Under the pieces are notes generated by a model. That model searched no databases. It saw only the letters and a list, made by a program, of their open reading frames with translations, and had not been told where the DNA came from. The translations under genes and the position numbers were made by a program. From Thermoleophilia bacterium (GTDB lineage Bacteria > Actinomycetota > Thermoleophilia > Gaiellales > Gaiellaceae): a stretch of 64,000 nucleotides of DNA. The DNA is taken from contig JADGPE010000002.1 in assembly GCA_017882605.1 (NCBI GenBank), positions 9,381-73,380 of the forward strand. Reading direction: 5' to 3'. This document shows, one piece after another, positions 63,705 through 64,000 of the stretch; the first letter of the stretch is position 1; the number at the start of each line of letters is the position of its first letter.

Positions 63705-64000
63705 GTGATCCTCGCGAACGGCCTCATTCGCACGCTCGACCCACAGGTGCGAACGCAGCGCGCGCTCGCGATCGCCGGTGAGCTCGTCGCGGGCGGGGTC
63801 GGCGTGCACGAGACGGCCCTCGCCTCACCCGAGGTGACCGACCTTCAGGGGCTCGTCGTCGTGCCCGGCTTCACCGATTCGCACGTGCACTTCCCGACGT
63901 GGGCCCTCGCGCAGAACGAGGTCGCTCTGGACGGATGCGCGAACCTCGACGAGGCCCTGCAGCGGCTTCGCGAGGTCGAGGTTCCGCCGGGTCGCTGGCT
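63705..64000 (+). CDS. amidohydrolase family protein, N-terminal fragment (runs off window end)
   Basis: GTG 63705; VILANGLIRTLDP...VVVPGFTDSHVHFP metal-binding HxH motif. Confidence 0.75.
   Translation, partial: MILANGLIRTLDPQVRTQRALAIAGELVAGGVGVHETALASPEVTDLQGLVVVPGFTDSHVHFPTWALAQNEVALDGCANLDEALQRLREVEVPPGRW

Overview
High-GC (about 70%) chromosomal segment that looks actinobacterial. The class is uncertain. It is densely coded, with about 75 protein genes and one tRNA-Trp. I saw no rRNA, CRISPR array, transposase, integrase or prophage genes. All product calls come from reading motifs in the supplied translations; no BLAST or HMM search was run. Many ORF-track starts are over-extended in this GC-rich DNA. 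I re-placed them using SD sequences, conserved N-termini and 4-nt start/stop overlaps (GTGA/ATGA), which are very common here and define operons. Main themes: (1) Positions 3.1-24.7 kb form a hypoxia/dormancy-type stress neighbourhood. It is centred on a DevS/DosS-like tandem-GAF histidine kinase and a NarL-type regulator. Around them lie four universal stress proteins, Hsp20, OsmC, a flavodoxin-like protein, a GNAT-(ADP-forming acyl-CoA synthetase) fusion and a substrate-level-phosphorylation gene set (phosphoketolase, acetate kinase, PPDK, GAPDH). A GGGG/A-TTTT-CCCGC palindromic motif recurs in several of its intergenic regions. (2) An hsp20 - COG2403/cDPG-synthetase-like P-loop protein - ornithine carbamoyltransferase operon. 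(3) A DsbA-VKOR-EamA operon. (4) A fragmented leucine-catabolism (liu/MCC) cluster. (5) A hisC-MFS-meaB-ilvA-LanC-like gene string. (6) A nei - hypothetical - small protein - orphan parA - ftsZ string. Here ftsZ lies outside a dcw context, overlaps parA and may carry a roughly 95-residue N-terminal extension. (7) DNA-repair genes: Lhr, Nei, an HhH-GPD protein and a stand-alone LigD polymerase domain. I consider the parA-ftsZ string, the stress-island motif and the hsp20-COG2403-OTC operon the best candidates for undescribed biology. All three are inferences that need database and experimental checks.
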